DNA from: an uncultured archaeon
Lineage (GTDB): Archaea; Aenigmatarchaeota; Aenigmatarchaeia; CG10238-14; SCSR01
Length of the DNA: 64,000 nt
Direction of reading: 5' to 3'
Assembly: GCA_964601215.1 (NCBI GenBank)
Contig: CAZRMN010000001.1
Location: forward strand, 334-64,333
Shown here piece after piece: positions 9,983 to 19,442 of this stretch. Position 1 is the stretch's first letter, and the number at the start of each line of letters is the position of its first letter. A program made the position numbers and the translations under genes. The notes beneath the pieces were generated by a model. It did not search any database. It was not told the DNA's origin and was given only the letters and a program-made list of their open reading frames with translations.

Positions 9983-10027
9983 TTAACATTAGTAAAATTT
10001 AAATATTGTTAAAAATACTAATGTTAA
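9983..10027 (+). promoter_or_regulatory. 12-bp inverted repeat (TTAACATTAGTA / TACTAATGTTAA) enclosing a TTTAAATA box, putative operator
   Basis: Arms at 9983-9994 and 10016-10027, immediately before the ATG at 10029. Confidence 0.6.
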
Positions 10028-10028
10028 T

Positions 10029-11315
10029 ATGGAAAAAGAAAGAATATACCCTAGAGCAATTCTACCAAAATTATTAAAATGGTTAGATAGAAGAGAAGCC
10101 TATGCAATTAAAGGCCCTAGACAATCTGGTAAAACAACTCTTTTAAGAATTTTGGAGAAAGAATTAAAAAAGAAAAAGAGAAATGTGGTTTTTTTAAACT
10201 TTGAAGATCCAGATGTACTAGAGACTTTTGAAAAAAATCCTAAAGAATACATCAACTCTTTCTTGACCAAACATAAAAAATACTACTTTTTAATGGATGA
10301 GTACCATTATGTAAAAGAACCTGGAAAGAAGCTTAAGCTATTGTTTGATACTTTTGAAAATGCAAAGTTTATAGTAACTGGTAGTTCCTCTCTAGAGTTA
10401 AGTGGAGCCATGGCAAAATTTTTAGTTGGAAGAGTTTTTTTCTTTGAATTATTCCCGTTTAGCTTTTACGAATTTTTATTAGCAAAAAATCCAAGGTTAG
10501 CTAGAATTTATAAAGAAAGAAATAAAAGAATTAAGGAATTTATCTTGAAAGGTAAATTCAAAATTAAAAAGGACATTTTTGTGAACGAGTTCGTCCCTTT
10601 TCTAAACGAATACATAATTTTTGGAGGTTATCCTGCTGTAATAAAAGCTAAAGATTTTGAAACAAAAAGAATGGTTTTAAAAAGCATTTATGATACTTAT
10701 ATTTCAAAAGATGTTGTAGAATTTCTCAAAATTAGTGATGCATTTAAGTATCGAGCTATAGTCAGGATGTTAGCAGCTCTTGTGGGAAACCTCCTAAATT
10801 ATAACGAAATTTGTTCTGCTTGTCAGAGTTATTATAAAGAGGTTAAAAGAATAATTTCTATCCTCTTTGAAACTTATATAATAAGTTTAATCTACCCATT
10901 TTATAAGAACCCTGTCACAGAACTTAAAAAAGTTCCAAAAGTATTCTTCCTCGATTTAGGTTTAAGGAATTATATAATAGATAATTTTAACCCACTCGAA
11001 AAAAGAACAGATTCAGGAGCAATGGTTGAAAACTTTGTTTTCTTAGGTTTAAGAAATATGTTTCCAGAAAAAACGATAAACTATTGGCGAACGATAGCAA
11101 AAGCAGAAGTCGACTTTGTACTCAGGTTAAACGATAAAATCGTTCCAGTAGAAGTTAAGTATCAAAGAATTGTAAGACCAAAAATTTCAAGAAGTTTCAG
11201 GAGTTTCCTCAAAACCTATAAACCAGAAAGAGCACTAGTAATTACAAAGAACTTTTGGGGTAAGACAAAAATTGAAAAAACTATTGTGGTATTTGCCCCT
11301 TTATGTTATATTTAG
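10029..11315 (+). CDS. AAA_14 ATPase with DUF4143 / PD-(D/E)xK C-terminus
   Basis: GPRQSGKTT Walker A, MDEYH Walker B, TGSSS, GGYP, EVDFV..PVEVK. Confidence 0.9.
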   Translation: MEKERIYPRAILPKLLKWLDRREAYAIKGPRQSGKTTLLRILEKELKKKKRNVVFLNFEDPDVLETFEKNPKEYINSFLTKHKKYYFLMDEYHYVKEPGKKLKLLFDTFENAKFIVTGSSSLELSGAMAKFLVGRVFFFELFPFSFYEFLLAKNPRLARIYKERNKRIKEFILKGKFKIKKDIFVNEFVPFLNEYIIFGGYPAVIKAKDFETKRMVLKSIYDTYISKDVVEFLKISDAFKYRAIVRMLAALVGNLLNYNEICSACQSYYKEVKRIISILFETYIISLIYPFYKNPVTELKKVPKVFFLDLGLRNYIIDNFNPLEKRTDSGAMVENFVFLGLRNMFPEKTINYWRTIAKAEVDFVLRLNDKIVPVEVKYQRIVRPKISRSFRSFLKTYKPERALVITKNFWGKTKIEKTIVVFAPLCYI

Positions 11316-11393
11316 GAATTAGTTACCAAAGACACGCTAGTTTAATCGAATTTTCCGTATTTCTCAATTCTTTTCCATTCTTTCACAAAATTA

Positions 11394-11411
11394 ATGTTAT
11401 ACGTATAACAT
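11394..11411. repeat. Perfect 18-bp palindrome ATGTTATACGTATAACAT (second copy)
   Basis: Identical to the core of 9848-9873. Confidence 0.9.
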
Positions 11412-11429
11412 CAAAACAAAAAAATTATT

Positions 11430-12116
11430 TCACTCTTTCTTAACTACTATTCCTTTTTTAGTAACTTCAATTGGATAAATGTCTGTACCATGATTAGTCC
11501 TTCTCATTTTTCTTATTAGTAAGCTTCTTGGAGTTCCACCAGCAGCATATTCAAGATAGTGTAAAACTATTACGCTATCAGTAACGAATTCCTCAAACCC
11601 GAATCTGCTTAAACCTTTAGACTCTTCTGGAATTTCGCCAACAAGCAAGCTAGTAACTCCGTACTTCTTCAAACGCATGATAAAATCAAAAACTTTTGCT
11701 CTTAATTCAATTGGTTCAACTCCTCTTGCACATAAAGCAACTAAAGTTAAACTATCAAGAACAAACCTAGAAGCATTAACTTCTTTTATTCTTTTAAAAA
11801 TATCAAAATCAAGCTCGTCAAAAGTTTTTGGAAAAACATACTCAACTATTAATCTTTTTTCTTCAATGTAAGGCCGGAAATCCATTCCAAATTGTAGAGC
11901 TTCAGCAATAATATCCTCAGCAGGTTCTTCTAAAGTAATGTAAACACAGTTTTCGCCACGTTTTAAACCTTCCCAGATAAACTGACAACAAAAAATTGTT
12001 TTTAAAGTACCAGTAGAGCCTGCAATCAAATTTGCAGAACCTTTTATAAAACCGCCTTGAATTAATTCGTCTAGCCCAGGAATCCCTGAAGGAATCCTTT
12101 CAGTTTTAATTTCCAT
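11430..12116 (-). CDS. Single-domain KaiC/RecA-superfamily ATPase
   Basis: RIPSGIPGLDELIQGG, variant Walker A GSTGTLKT, TLEE, VLDS, KMR-x-T-x-H. Confidence 0.9.
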   Translation of the reverse strand: MEIKTERIPSGIPGLDELIQGGFIKGSANLIAGSTGTLKTIFCCQFIWEGLKRGENCVYITLEEPAEDIIAEALQFGMDFRPYIEEKRLIVEYVFPKTFDELDFDIFKRIKEVNASRFVLDSLTLVALCARGVEPIELRAKVFDFIMRLKKYGVTSLLVGEIPEESKGLSRFGFEEFVTDSVIVLHYLEYAAGGTPRSLLIRKMRRTNHGTDIYPIEVTKKGIVVKKE

Positions 12117-12229
12117 AAAATATTTTTAGAATTTCTTAATATTAAACTTTTAAAAAATGAAAAAAAATATAAATTCAATTACTTTTTTCTTGTTCTGAGT
12201 ACTTGATGAAAAATAAAAAGTTAAGAAGT

Positions 12230-12712
12230 CTAAGCAGCCTCTATTGTTCCTGTGATTTTTCCTACTGTTTCGTGTCTTACTGGAGGACTCACACTAATAT
12301 CATCGTATATAATCTTCACATCGAGAGCATAGCAGTCTCCTGCAGTAGTTGTACCTCCTGATGTCGGACCAGCAACAAATGATTTCGCAGGTCCTCCGGA
12401 AATTAATGTAACTGGTGGACTATAAGATGTATATCCATTTCCATTATTTGTTGAATTTATCTGAATTGCTGTTACGTTAATATCTCCCAGTTTTTGTCTT
12501 TGAAGGTATAATGTCAAATGACCCGTTGAATTGAACTTTATATTGGAGATTCTGACTTCACCGAATCCGGATATCTGTGTCCCTACCCATCTACAAGGCT
12601 TCGTTAGTCCTAGCGAGTATAAAGCTGCAACCACTACGATTACTATTAGTATTGCCCATCCGTAGGTCATCAAGTACTCTAACGCAGTTTGACCTTTTCT
12701 CATCATAACCAT
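12230..12712 (-). CDS. Type IV pilin (probable major pilin)
   Basis: Class III signal peptide RKG|QTALEYLMTYGWAIL followed by a hydrophobic helix. Confidence 0.85.
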   Translation of the reverse strand: MVMMRKGQTALEYLMTYGWAILIVIVVVAALYSLGLTKPCRWVGTQISGFGEVRISNIKFNSTGHLTLYLQRQKLGDINVTAIQINSTNNGNGYTSYSPPVTLISGGPAKSFVAGPTSGGTTTAGDCYALDVKIIYDDISVSPPVRHETVGKITGTIEAA

Positions 12713-12752
12713 CTAAAAAAAATTTGAATTTTCTTAAATATAAAGGTAATTA

Positions 12753-13751
12753 TTAAACAATTCCACCAAACATTCCAGCTAGTAAATGTCTTGTGATTAA
12801 AAAAACACTAAGTCCAACCACTAAAAGCAAAACTACAAATCTAATACCAGCAGTTTCCCTTCCAGCTTCTATTAAGCCTAGAATCAAACCACCAAAAAAA
12901 GTGGTTATTGCTATAGCAGAAATGCAAAACCAAAAAAGCGTATCCATAGAAATTTCTGGTGCAGAAAATTTAATTGGAATTTGGGCTGCAGTTGGAACTA
13001 GTTCCTCGCCAACGCTGGCTATTGCCCCTATTTTAGTCATCATGCTAACTAGGTGCGAGGAAACTGCATATAATAAAGGAGCACCAATACCAGCAGCAAA
13101 AAATATGAAAATTATGTACATCGTAACGTTAGCCTTTATTTCCTTTCTAATAGATTGTAATTGCCTAACATCGTTTGCTGTTTCATCTAGCAAAGTAGCA
13201 AGCTCTCCACCAGATTTTAATCCTTCTGTTATTAGCCTTATAGTTCTTTTAAGAGTTTTTGAACCAATCCTTTTAGGGATTTCTTCCAGAGCTTCTTCTA
13301 TTGGCTTTCCAGCTAAAGCCTCTTTTGCTGCTCTTTTAATCTCAACTTCTAGAGGGCCAAATTCCGACCTAGCTGATAATAGCAAGGCTCGATCAGGAGT
13401 AATTCCTGCTCTAATGTTTGCGGACATTAGCTGCAAAGCATCTGGAATTACTTCCTCTACAAACTTTGCTTTTTTCTCTGCCAAAAGTATTACTATAGCA
13501 TGCCCAGAAAAATAAGTTGCAACAAAACTTAAAAGAAAAATAAAAACTATCCATGGAAAGGAAATTCCAAAAATGAAAAATGATAGAAGAAAAATACCCA
13601 GAGAAATTATTAAAGATAAGATGAGCATGAAACCTATGAAAACCTCTGGTAAAAGGCTTACATCTGAGCAAATTAAAATCTTTTCTATGTAAGCTTTATA
13701 CTTCTTTGAAGCATACCTTCCTATTCCCCTAAAAAATTTTTCTCCCTTCAT
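12753..13751 (-). CDS. Type IV pilus platform protein (T2SSF/TadC-like)
   Basis: PDALQLMSANIRAG, EFGPL, SGGELA; TM helices. Confidence 0.9.
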   Translation of the reverse strand: MKGEKFFRGIGRYASKKYKAYIEKILICSDVSLLPEVFIGFMLILSLIISLGIFLLSFFIFGISFPWIVFIFLLSFVATYFSGHAIVILLAEKKAKFVEEVIPDALQLMSANIRAGITPDRALLLSARSEFGPLEVEIKRAAKEALAGKPIEEALEEIPKRIGSKTLKRTIRLITEGLKSGGELATLLDETANDVRQLQSIRKEIKANVTMYIIFIFFAAGIGAPLLYAVSSHLVSMMTKIGAIASVGEELVPTAAQIPIKFSAPEISMDTLFWFCISAIAITTFFGGLILGLIEAGRETAGIRFVVLLLVVGLSVFLITRHLLAGMFGGIV

Positions 13752-14642
13752 TTAAATCACCAAAGGAGGTCTTCTTGTCTTTACCAATCCCATGAACATG
13801 AACTGGAAAAAGACCAAAAAGGCTAATATTCCATAAAGCGCAAAATCTAAAGGTAAAATGGTAAAACCTATGAAAGAAGAAAGTACAATAAGAAAAGTTA
13901 TTCCTAGGGAAGGAATTATGACTGCAGACATCATATAGATTAAAGCCATTGGATTTAGTTGAGCTCCATATCTTCTAATTTCTATTCTCTGCTCGTTTGC
14001 AAGATTGTTTACTATTTCTTTTAAAGTTTCTCCTATATCAGAGCCTGCCCTCATCGCGTTAACTATTTGCCATATTACTCTTCTAAAGTGTAAAGAAGGA
14101 TTCCTAAAGGCCATGTTATCCAAAGCTTCAACTTCGGGAACGCCTCCGTGAATTTCTTTTACTGCAATTTTAAACTCATCCGAAATTAAACCATAGTCTG
14201 CAGTAGAAACAGAAACCAAAGAATTGAACAAAGGAACGCCTGAACGAATTTGAACGAGTAGATGCCTTAAAGCAAAAAGCAAATCCTTTTCCAAAGATTT
14301 GATCTTCCTTAAAGTCAAAAGTTTTGGGTAAGTAATTAAGTAGTAAAAAACAAAACCAGAAAATACCAAAGCTATTGCTAAGCTTATGTAAAAGTAGCTA
14401 GTAGAAAGCATAGCGGGCAAGGTTTTGTAAACTATCAGACCAAGAAAAAATAGGAGAAAGAAAATAATTGAGAAATAGAAAATAAAACAAAAAAGAGCTA
14501 TTGCGATGTATTCTCTAGGCCTAAAATCTAGTCTTGCTTGTTTTAATTCAAGAAAGAGAGAAGGAAAAAACCTAGTTAAATAGCTACTTATTCCATAAAA
14601 CCTTCTGGTTATTTTTTTTACAACTTCCAATTTAAAAGGCAA
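13752..14642 (-). CDS. Type IV pilus platform protein (T2SSF/TadB-like)
   Basis: LLFALRHLLVQIRSG, YGLISDEF; TM helices. Confidence 0.9.
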   Translation of the reverse strand: MPFKLEVVKKITRRFYGISSYLTRFFPSLFLELKQARLDFRPREYIAIALFCFIFYFSIIFFLLFFLGLIVYKTLPAMLSTSYFYISLAIALVFSGFVFYYLITYPKLLTLRKIKSLEKDLLFALRHLLVQIRSGVPLFNSLVSVSTADYGLISDEFKIAVKEIHGGVPEVEALDNMAFRNPSLHFRRVIWQIVNAMRAGSDIGETLKEIVNNLANEQRIEIRRYGAQLNPMALIYMMSAVIIPSLGITFLIVLSSFIGFTILPLDFALYGILAFLVFFQFMFMGLVKTRRPPLVI

Positions 14643-14650
14643 GAATGGAA

Positions 14651-17600
14651 TTATCGTTTTAACTCCCTCGCAAATTTTCCTAAAATTAATTCGGGCGATT
14701 GATTTTCATTTATAATCTTCAAAACTTTTTCCTCATCCAAGTAATACTCAGAAACAACTCTCCCTACAGTGTTAACAGTATTTATATTGTTTTTAACCAT
14801 CCACCTCAAAACCTTCATCTTGTTCTTCAAATCCTTTTTAATTTCTTGGTCGGTCATGCCAGTGAAAAGCTTAAGTGTTTCTATGACTCTAACACTCGGC
14901 CTAAAAGGAATTATTTCATCCTTGTCTGCTCTCCATCTGTACAAAATGTTCAAACCTATTGGTCCTCTTTCTGGTGGAACTATTTCTGCAACTTGAAAAG
15001 TTCTTCTTATCCCTTTTCTTCTGTCTCTATGCATTACTGCAATCAAATGTAAAGCTTCTAGCATAGTTTCTGGTACGTTTATTGGCGGGTTAATCATTCT
15101 TCTTATAGTCTGTTCAGCAGTATCAGCGTGCAAAGTAGCATAAACGCTATGGCCTGTGTGCATAGCTTCGAATAAAACTTCTGCCTCTCTCGCTCTTCTT
15201 ATCTCTCCTACTATTATTCTATCTGGTCTCATTCTTAATGCATTCACCATTAAATCAAGCATTGTATCTTGAACTAATGTAAAATTGTTAATCCCTGCAA
15301 CGAAATATGTATGAGACTCAGGCGTTATATCATAAGTTGGTAATTTTTGAGTATTTGGCATGATTTCTACATGAGTAATTTCAACAAATTCTAGGTCAGG
15401 TCTTAATAGTAATTCAATGTTTTTTCTTTCATTCTCTGGAATATTAATTCCTCTTTTTTCAGCAATTTTTATAATTTCCAATAAACTCTTTTTTGGAATA
15501 CTTTTTCTGTCAAAAGCATGATAGAAGTGATGTTTATACTTTTCTTCTTTAGAAAGGATATTCCTGAATAGTTCTAAGTATTTTTTCACTATTACTGAAG
15601 GAATTCTTCCTCTTCTGGAAGTTTTGGTTGAAAAATCTAGTTGCAAATTTTTCATAGCCGCTTTTTTATTTTTCTCGACTTTGAACGGTAAAATTTTACA
15701 CGCTCTTTTTAGGTCTTCTCTTGTGGTTATGTTAACTTGATAAACCCTTTTTGACGGATATATCCTTGACCAAATTCCAAGTCTTAATAACAAATACTTG
15801 AACTCCTTCGCCGCTTTTTCGTTAGAGGTTGCGAGTGAAATTTTGCCTTTAGAAACCGAACCATCTCCATCTATAAACCCAGCCAAAAATGAAGCAATAA
15901 CTTTTTCAGGACTTTTCATTATGCATTTAGGTACTCTTATTTCTTTTGATTTTTTTAAACCGAAAAATTTCTTCATGAACTCTTTTACTACTTTTGAAAG
16001 AATTTGATACCTTTTATATTTTCCATTTTTTACTCTTACTCGAATACCAAAAATTTCTCTAACTAGGGATTGTAAAAATGGGACTCTCTTTTTTTGGACT
16101 ACAACAATTCCATTTTTAGAAATAGTTTTTTCTGCCAAAAGAAATCCAGCTAAGTATGCGAGCTTCTCGTCTATAATTTTTGGAATTTTAACAATTTTTC
16201 CAGCTTTTGGTTTTAAATATACAACTTTTTTTTCTATTTCTTTTGTGCTTAAATTTTCGCTTAGGTCTATTAATTTTTTCAAAATATCCAACCTAATAAT
16301 CCCAGTTTTTTTATACCAGTAAAGAGCCTGTCTTTTCACTCCACAAATTTTTGCCAAATAATTTAAGGAGTATTTTTGTGTTAATTCATTTAACACTTCT
16401 TTTACTAAACCTCCCAACTTCGCTGCATAGAAATCCTTTTCACACATATCCCAAATTCTGATAAATTGATAACAAGAATTAATTTTGAGATGGGTAAATA
16501 CAGGTAAATAAAACTTCTTATCCTTGATTTCTTTTGGTTTTAACAATTCTATTTCTCCAGACACCCCGATTACTGGTATTTTTGTATTTTCTGTTATTCG
16601 AATAGCTTCTCCATCTTCACAGAAAATTCTACAAATGAATTTTCTTTCAGTAATTTTTGAATTAAACTTTATTTTATCTGAGATATACTCAAATCTCCTA
16701 GGGTCTCCCCCAAGGACGGTATGTCCATTTCCATCTGTAACAAAAACATTCGATTTTATTTTTCTTAATCTATTCTTTTTAAAAGAGTTGTTTACATATT
16801 CTGAAATCTCATACAAGACGCCATCTCCGTCTACAAAAAAAGTACCTGGATAAACGCACACTTCTCCTTTTCCTTCAGGATTTGGTTCTCTTGTAGTCAT
16901 GGGTACCCAATGCAAGAAATCAGGGAGTCTTATTTCTCTTGTATCCTCAATAGAAATTACTCTATGATTTGGAGGGATGAAGGTAGTTAAAACATTCAGG
17001 AAAGAAGTTTTTCCAGTTCCAGTTCCTCCAGAAATTATCATGTTTAGCTCGTACTGAATTGCTAACCAGAGAAAAGCCGCAACTTCCTCGCTGATAGTAT
17101 TGATTTTAATGAAATCTGTAATTGTCCAAGGTCTTCTTGCAAACTTTCTTATGCTTATGGTATTGCCTTTTGTAGAAATTGGAAAAAGGGTTGCATTTAC
17201 TCTATCACCAGAAGTAAGCTGAGCGTCCATTAAAGGGTTTAAACTTGTGATACTTCTTCCTACCCTTCTTCCAATTAAAGCTGCATAGTTATAAATTTGT
17301 AAATCGCTTTCCAGCTTTACATTAGTTTTAAGCCATCCATACTTCCTATGGTAAACCCACAATGGCTCCTGAGAATTATTAATTACTATATCCTCAAGAT
17401 TTTCATCTACTAGTAAAAGTTCTATATCACCTAAGCCAAGCATTTCATGCACGAGCGTGCCAGCAAATATTTCCTTTTCTTCCCTAGAAACGTTTGGAAA
17501 TTCTTTTTCTATTAGTTCAAAAGCCTTTTCAAAAAACCTTTTCTTCAATTCTTCCATTATTCTTGGGTCTAAAATTTCTTGAGGTTTTACTCTTACCACA

Positions 17601-17764
17601 GTAATAAGCTTTGCTTTTATCGCATCGAGTATAGCAATAGTTGCCTCTTCAAATTTTGGTAAAATTAATTCATAGATTGGGACAAATTCTCCAGGCTTTT
17701 TAATTATATTAACTTGACCTGGAACTCCATCAGCCTCAATTTTATAAGATTCCAGGATTTTCAT
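14651..17764 (-). CDS. Type IV pilus assembly ATPase (TadA/VirB11 family) containing an intein
   Basis: GGTGTGKT, IEDTRE, LRMRPDRIIVGEIR, TGH-x-x-x-x-T-x-HA. Confidence 0.93.
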   Translation of the reverse strand: MKILESYKIEADGVPGQVNIIKKPGEFVPIYELILPKFEEATIAILDAIKAKLITVVRVKPQEILDPRIMEELKKRFFEKAFELIEKEFPNVSREEKEIFAGTLVHEMLGLGDIELLLVDENLEDIVINNSQEPLWVYHRKYGWLKTNVKLESDLQIYNYAALIGRRVGRSITSLNPLMDAQLTSGDRVNATLFPISTKGNTISIRKFARRPWTITDFIKINTISEEVAAFLWLAIQYELNMIISGGTGTGKTSFLNVLTTFIPPNHRVISIEDTREIRLPDFLHWVPMTTREPNPEGKGEVCVYPGTFFVDGDGVLYEISEYVNNSFKKNRLRKIKSNVFVTDGNGHTVLGGDPRRFEYISDKIKFNSKITERKFICRIFCEDGEAIRITENTKIPVIGVSGEIELLKPKEIKDKKFYLPVFTHLKINSCYQFIRIWDMCEKDFYAAKLGGLVKEVLNELTQKYSLNYLAKICGVKRQALYWYKKTGIIRLDILKKLIDLSENLSTKEIEKKVVYLKPKAGKIVKIPKIIDEKLAYLAGFLLAEKTISKNGIVVVQKKRVPFLQSLVREIFGIRVRVKNGKYKRYQILSKVVKEFMKKFFGLKKSKEIRVPKCIMKSPEKVIASFLAGFIDGDGSVSKGKISLATSNEKAAKEFKYLLLRLGIWSRIYPSKRVYQVNITTREDLKRACKILPFKVEKNKKAAMKNLQLDFSTKTSRRGRIPSVIVKKYLELFRNILSKEEKYKHHFYHAFDRKSIPKKSLLEIIKIAEKRGINIPENERKNIELLLRPDLEFVEITHVEIMPNTQKLPTYDITPESHTYFVAGINNFTLVQDTMLDLMVNALRMRPDRIIVGEIRRAREAEVLFEAMHTGHSVYATLHADTAEQTIRRMINPPINVPETMLEALHLIAVMHRDRRKGIRRTFQVAEIVPPERGPIGLNILYRWRADKDEIIPFRPSVRVIETLKLFTGMTDQEIKKDLKNKMKVLRWMVKNNINTVNTVGRVVSEYYLDEEKVLKIINENQSPELILGKFARELKR
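15266..16858 (-). mobile_element. Intein (531 aa) with LAGLIDADG-type homing endonuclease; atypical Gln-Asp C-terminus
   Basis: Begins CVYPGT after extein KGEV; YLAGFLLAE and FLAGFIDGDG blocks; TYDIT block F; ends ...FTLVQD before TMLDL. Confidence 0.88.
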
Positions 17765-18402
17765 TTTTTCTTCTCCCTCAGTTCAGGACTTCCTACAGGA
17801 GGATAAACCACTTCTACCAAACCATGGTCTTCAAGAATTTTCGCCCACTCTTCAATAGTATTCAAATCTACTTTAAACATCTTAGCTATCTCATCAAAAG
17901 TAATCTTTCCTTTTTTCCTAATCACATTAAAAATTTTATCAACATCAGTTTCCATTATAGCTAAATACTTCTTCTTTTCCTCGCTACTCATAAGCTTTGC
18001 AATAGAATCTATTATATCCTCTCTTGCTATTATTCCAACCAGCATATTCTTATCGTCTATGACAGGAAGTCTTTTAATCCTGTAAAGATTCATCAAAAAA
18101 ATTGCCCTATCTATGCCCTCGTTCTCATTTATTACTATAACCTTCTTCTTCATTATTTCTTTAACAGAAGAAATTCCTTTCTCCCTTAGCCCCTTTACAT
18201 CCTCTCCGTTTATTGCAATCAATTCTTTTTTTCCTAAAGCTTCTAAAATATCAGCTTCGGTAACTATTCCAACAAGTTTGCCTTTTTCAACTACAGGTAC
18301 GCCAGAAATTTTTTCCTCTCTCATGAGCCTAATAACTTCTATTATTTTTTCTTCAGGAGAAACCGTAACAACACGAGTAGTCATCACGTCTTTAACTTTC
18401 AT
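17761..18402 (-). CDS. Tandem CBS-domain protein with C-terminal wHTH
   Basis: VKDVMT..GVPVV..LVGIVT and second CBS repeat, then a HTH segment (EEWAKILEDHGLV). Confidence 0.85.
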   Translation of the reverse strand: MKVKDVMTTRVVTVSPEEKIIEVIRLMREEKISGVPVVEKGKLVGIVTEADILEALGKKELIAINGEDVKGLREKGISSVKEIMKKKVIVINENEGIDRAIFLMNLYRIKRLPVIDDKNMLVGIIAREDIIDSIAKLMSSEEKKKYLAIMETDVDKIFNVIRKKGKITFDEIAKMFKVDLNTIEEWAKILEDHGLVEVVYPPVGSPELREKKK

Positions 18403-18446
18403 AATCTCACATTAAAAATTTCTTTTTTGTTTATTTTATACTTAAC

Positions 18447-19442
18447 TTAAGGTAAAAGCAGATTTTCTACTCCATAGATTTGTGCATGCGTTAAAGTGCC
18501 GCAAGTTTCGTTATCAATTCTAAACCAGCTTATGTCTAAACCATTAACCCTATAGCTAGTATAAGTATTGCTATCCCAGTACAAATGGTCCACAACAGTT
18601 TTGTTTTCCTTGATTTCTAAGCCTAAATCATACAAAGTTTGCAAGTTAACAAAGTGTTCTAAGCCGATTTGTCTACCAGGAGCAAGGTTTTGATACTTGC
18701 TACTAGTAGTAAGCCTACCTTCAAGTCTGTCTAAAAAGCTTGCTCCTTCCCAAGAAGGATGATAATATCCTTCTAAAACATCTTCCTTCATATCTTCTAA
18801 ACTCCAGGAAACACCTATTTGAGAAGTATTGAAAGGTGATTTTTTAATTGTCTTAGAATATAAGCCATTGGTTTCCAAAGGAGCTAAAGGATCTTCAAAA
18901 CCCTCTATTGGAACTATTATGCTTTTTTCAACAAATTTGTCTATTCTCACATAATTAGTTTTATCGCTTATGTTTATGGTTAAGTTCAGTTCAAACAAAA
19001 GGTTAAAACTATCATAAGGTTTCACTTTTACTTCACTCAAGCTAATGTTTAACTTGAAAGAAGTAGAATTCGCTGTTCTTCTTATAAAACTTGTCCAGTT
19101 TGATATGGTATTATCTTTCATGTACTGATTTTCTTCACCAAATAGAGTTCCGTTATTGGCTAGTTCTTCTAACCTTGCTTTTGCATCATCCAAACCTTCA
19201 CCACTTCCAATCGTATGATTTATTGCAGCAAGGATTGCTCTTTTTCCTGCTGTGATAACAGCTTTTTCTACATCTTTTTCCAAGTTTTTTTCAAAATAGT
19301 GGATTTGATCAGAGAGTATCTTATCTTTTATATCACTTCCCAAACTTGCGATTAAAGTATTATATATTACTACTAGTACGAAAATGTAAATGATGAAAAG
19401 CACTACCATTAAGCTATAAACAATCCCTTTTTTCAGGCCCAA
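18447..19442 (-). CDS. Pilus-associated protein / minor pilin-like
   Basis: Probable TTG start at 19442 after GGAGGT; KKG|IVYSL class III-like N-terminus. Confidence 0.65.
   Translation of the reverse strand: MGLKKGIVYSLMVVLFIIYIFVLVVIYNTLIASLGSDIKDKILSDQIHYFEKNLEKDVEKAVITAGKRAILAAINHTIGSGEGLDDAKARLEELANNGTLFGEENQYMKDNTISNWTSFIRRTANSTSFKLNISLSEVKVKPYDSFNLLFELNLTINISDKTNYVRIDKFVEKSIIVPIEGFEDPLAPLETNGLYSKTIKKSPFNTSQIGVSWSLEDMKEDVLEGYYHPSWEGASFLDRLEGRLTTSSKYQNLAPGRQIGLEHFVNLQTLYDLGLEIKENKTVVDHLYWDSNTYTSYRVNGLDISWFRIDNETCGTLTHAQIYGVENLLLP

Noticed and set aside
12793..13515. 240-aa plus-strand ORF and other antisense or overlapping ORFs (e.g. 59434-59859, 60701-61126, 42166-42447, 42464-42655)
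   Set aside because: They are shadows of well-supported opposite-strand genes or overlap tRNAs, and show no motifs.
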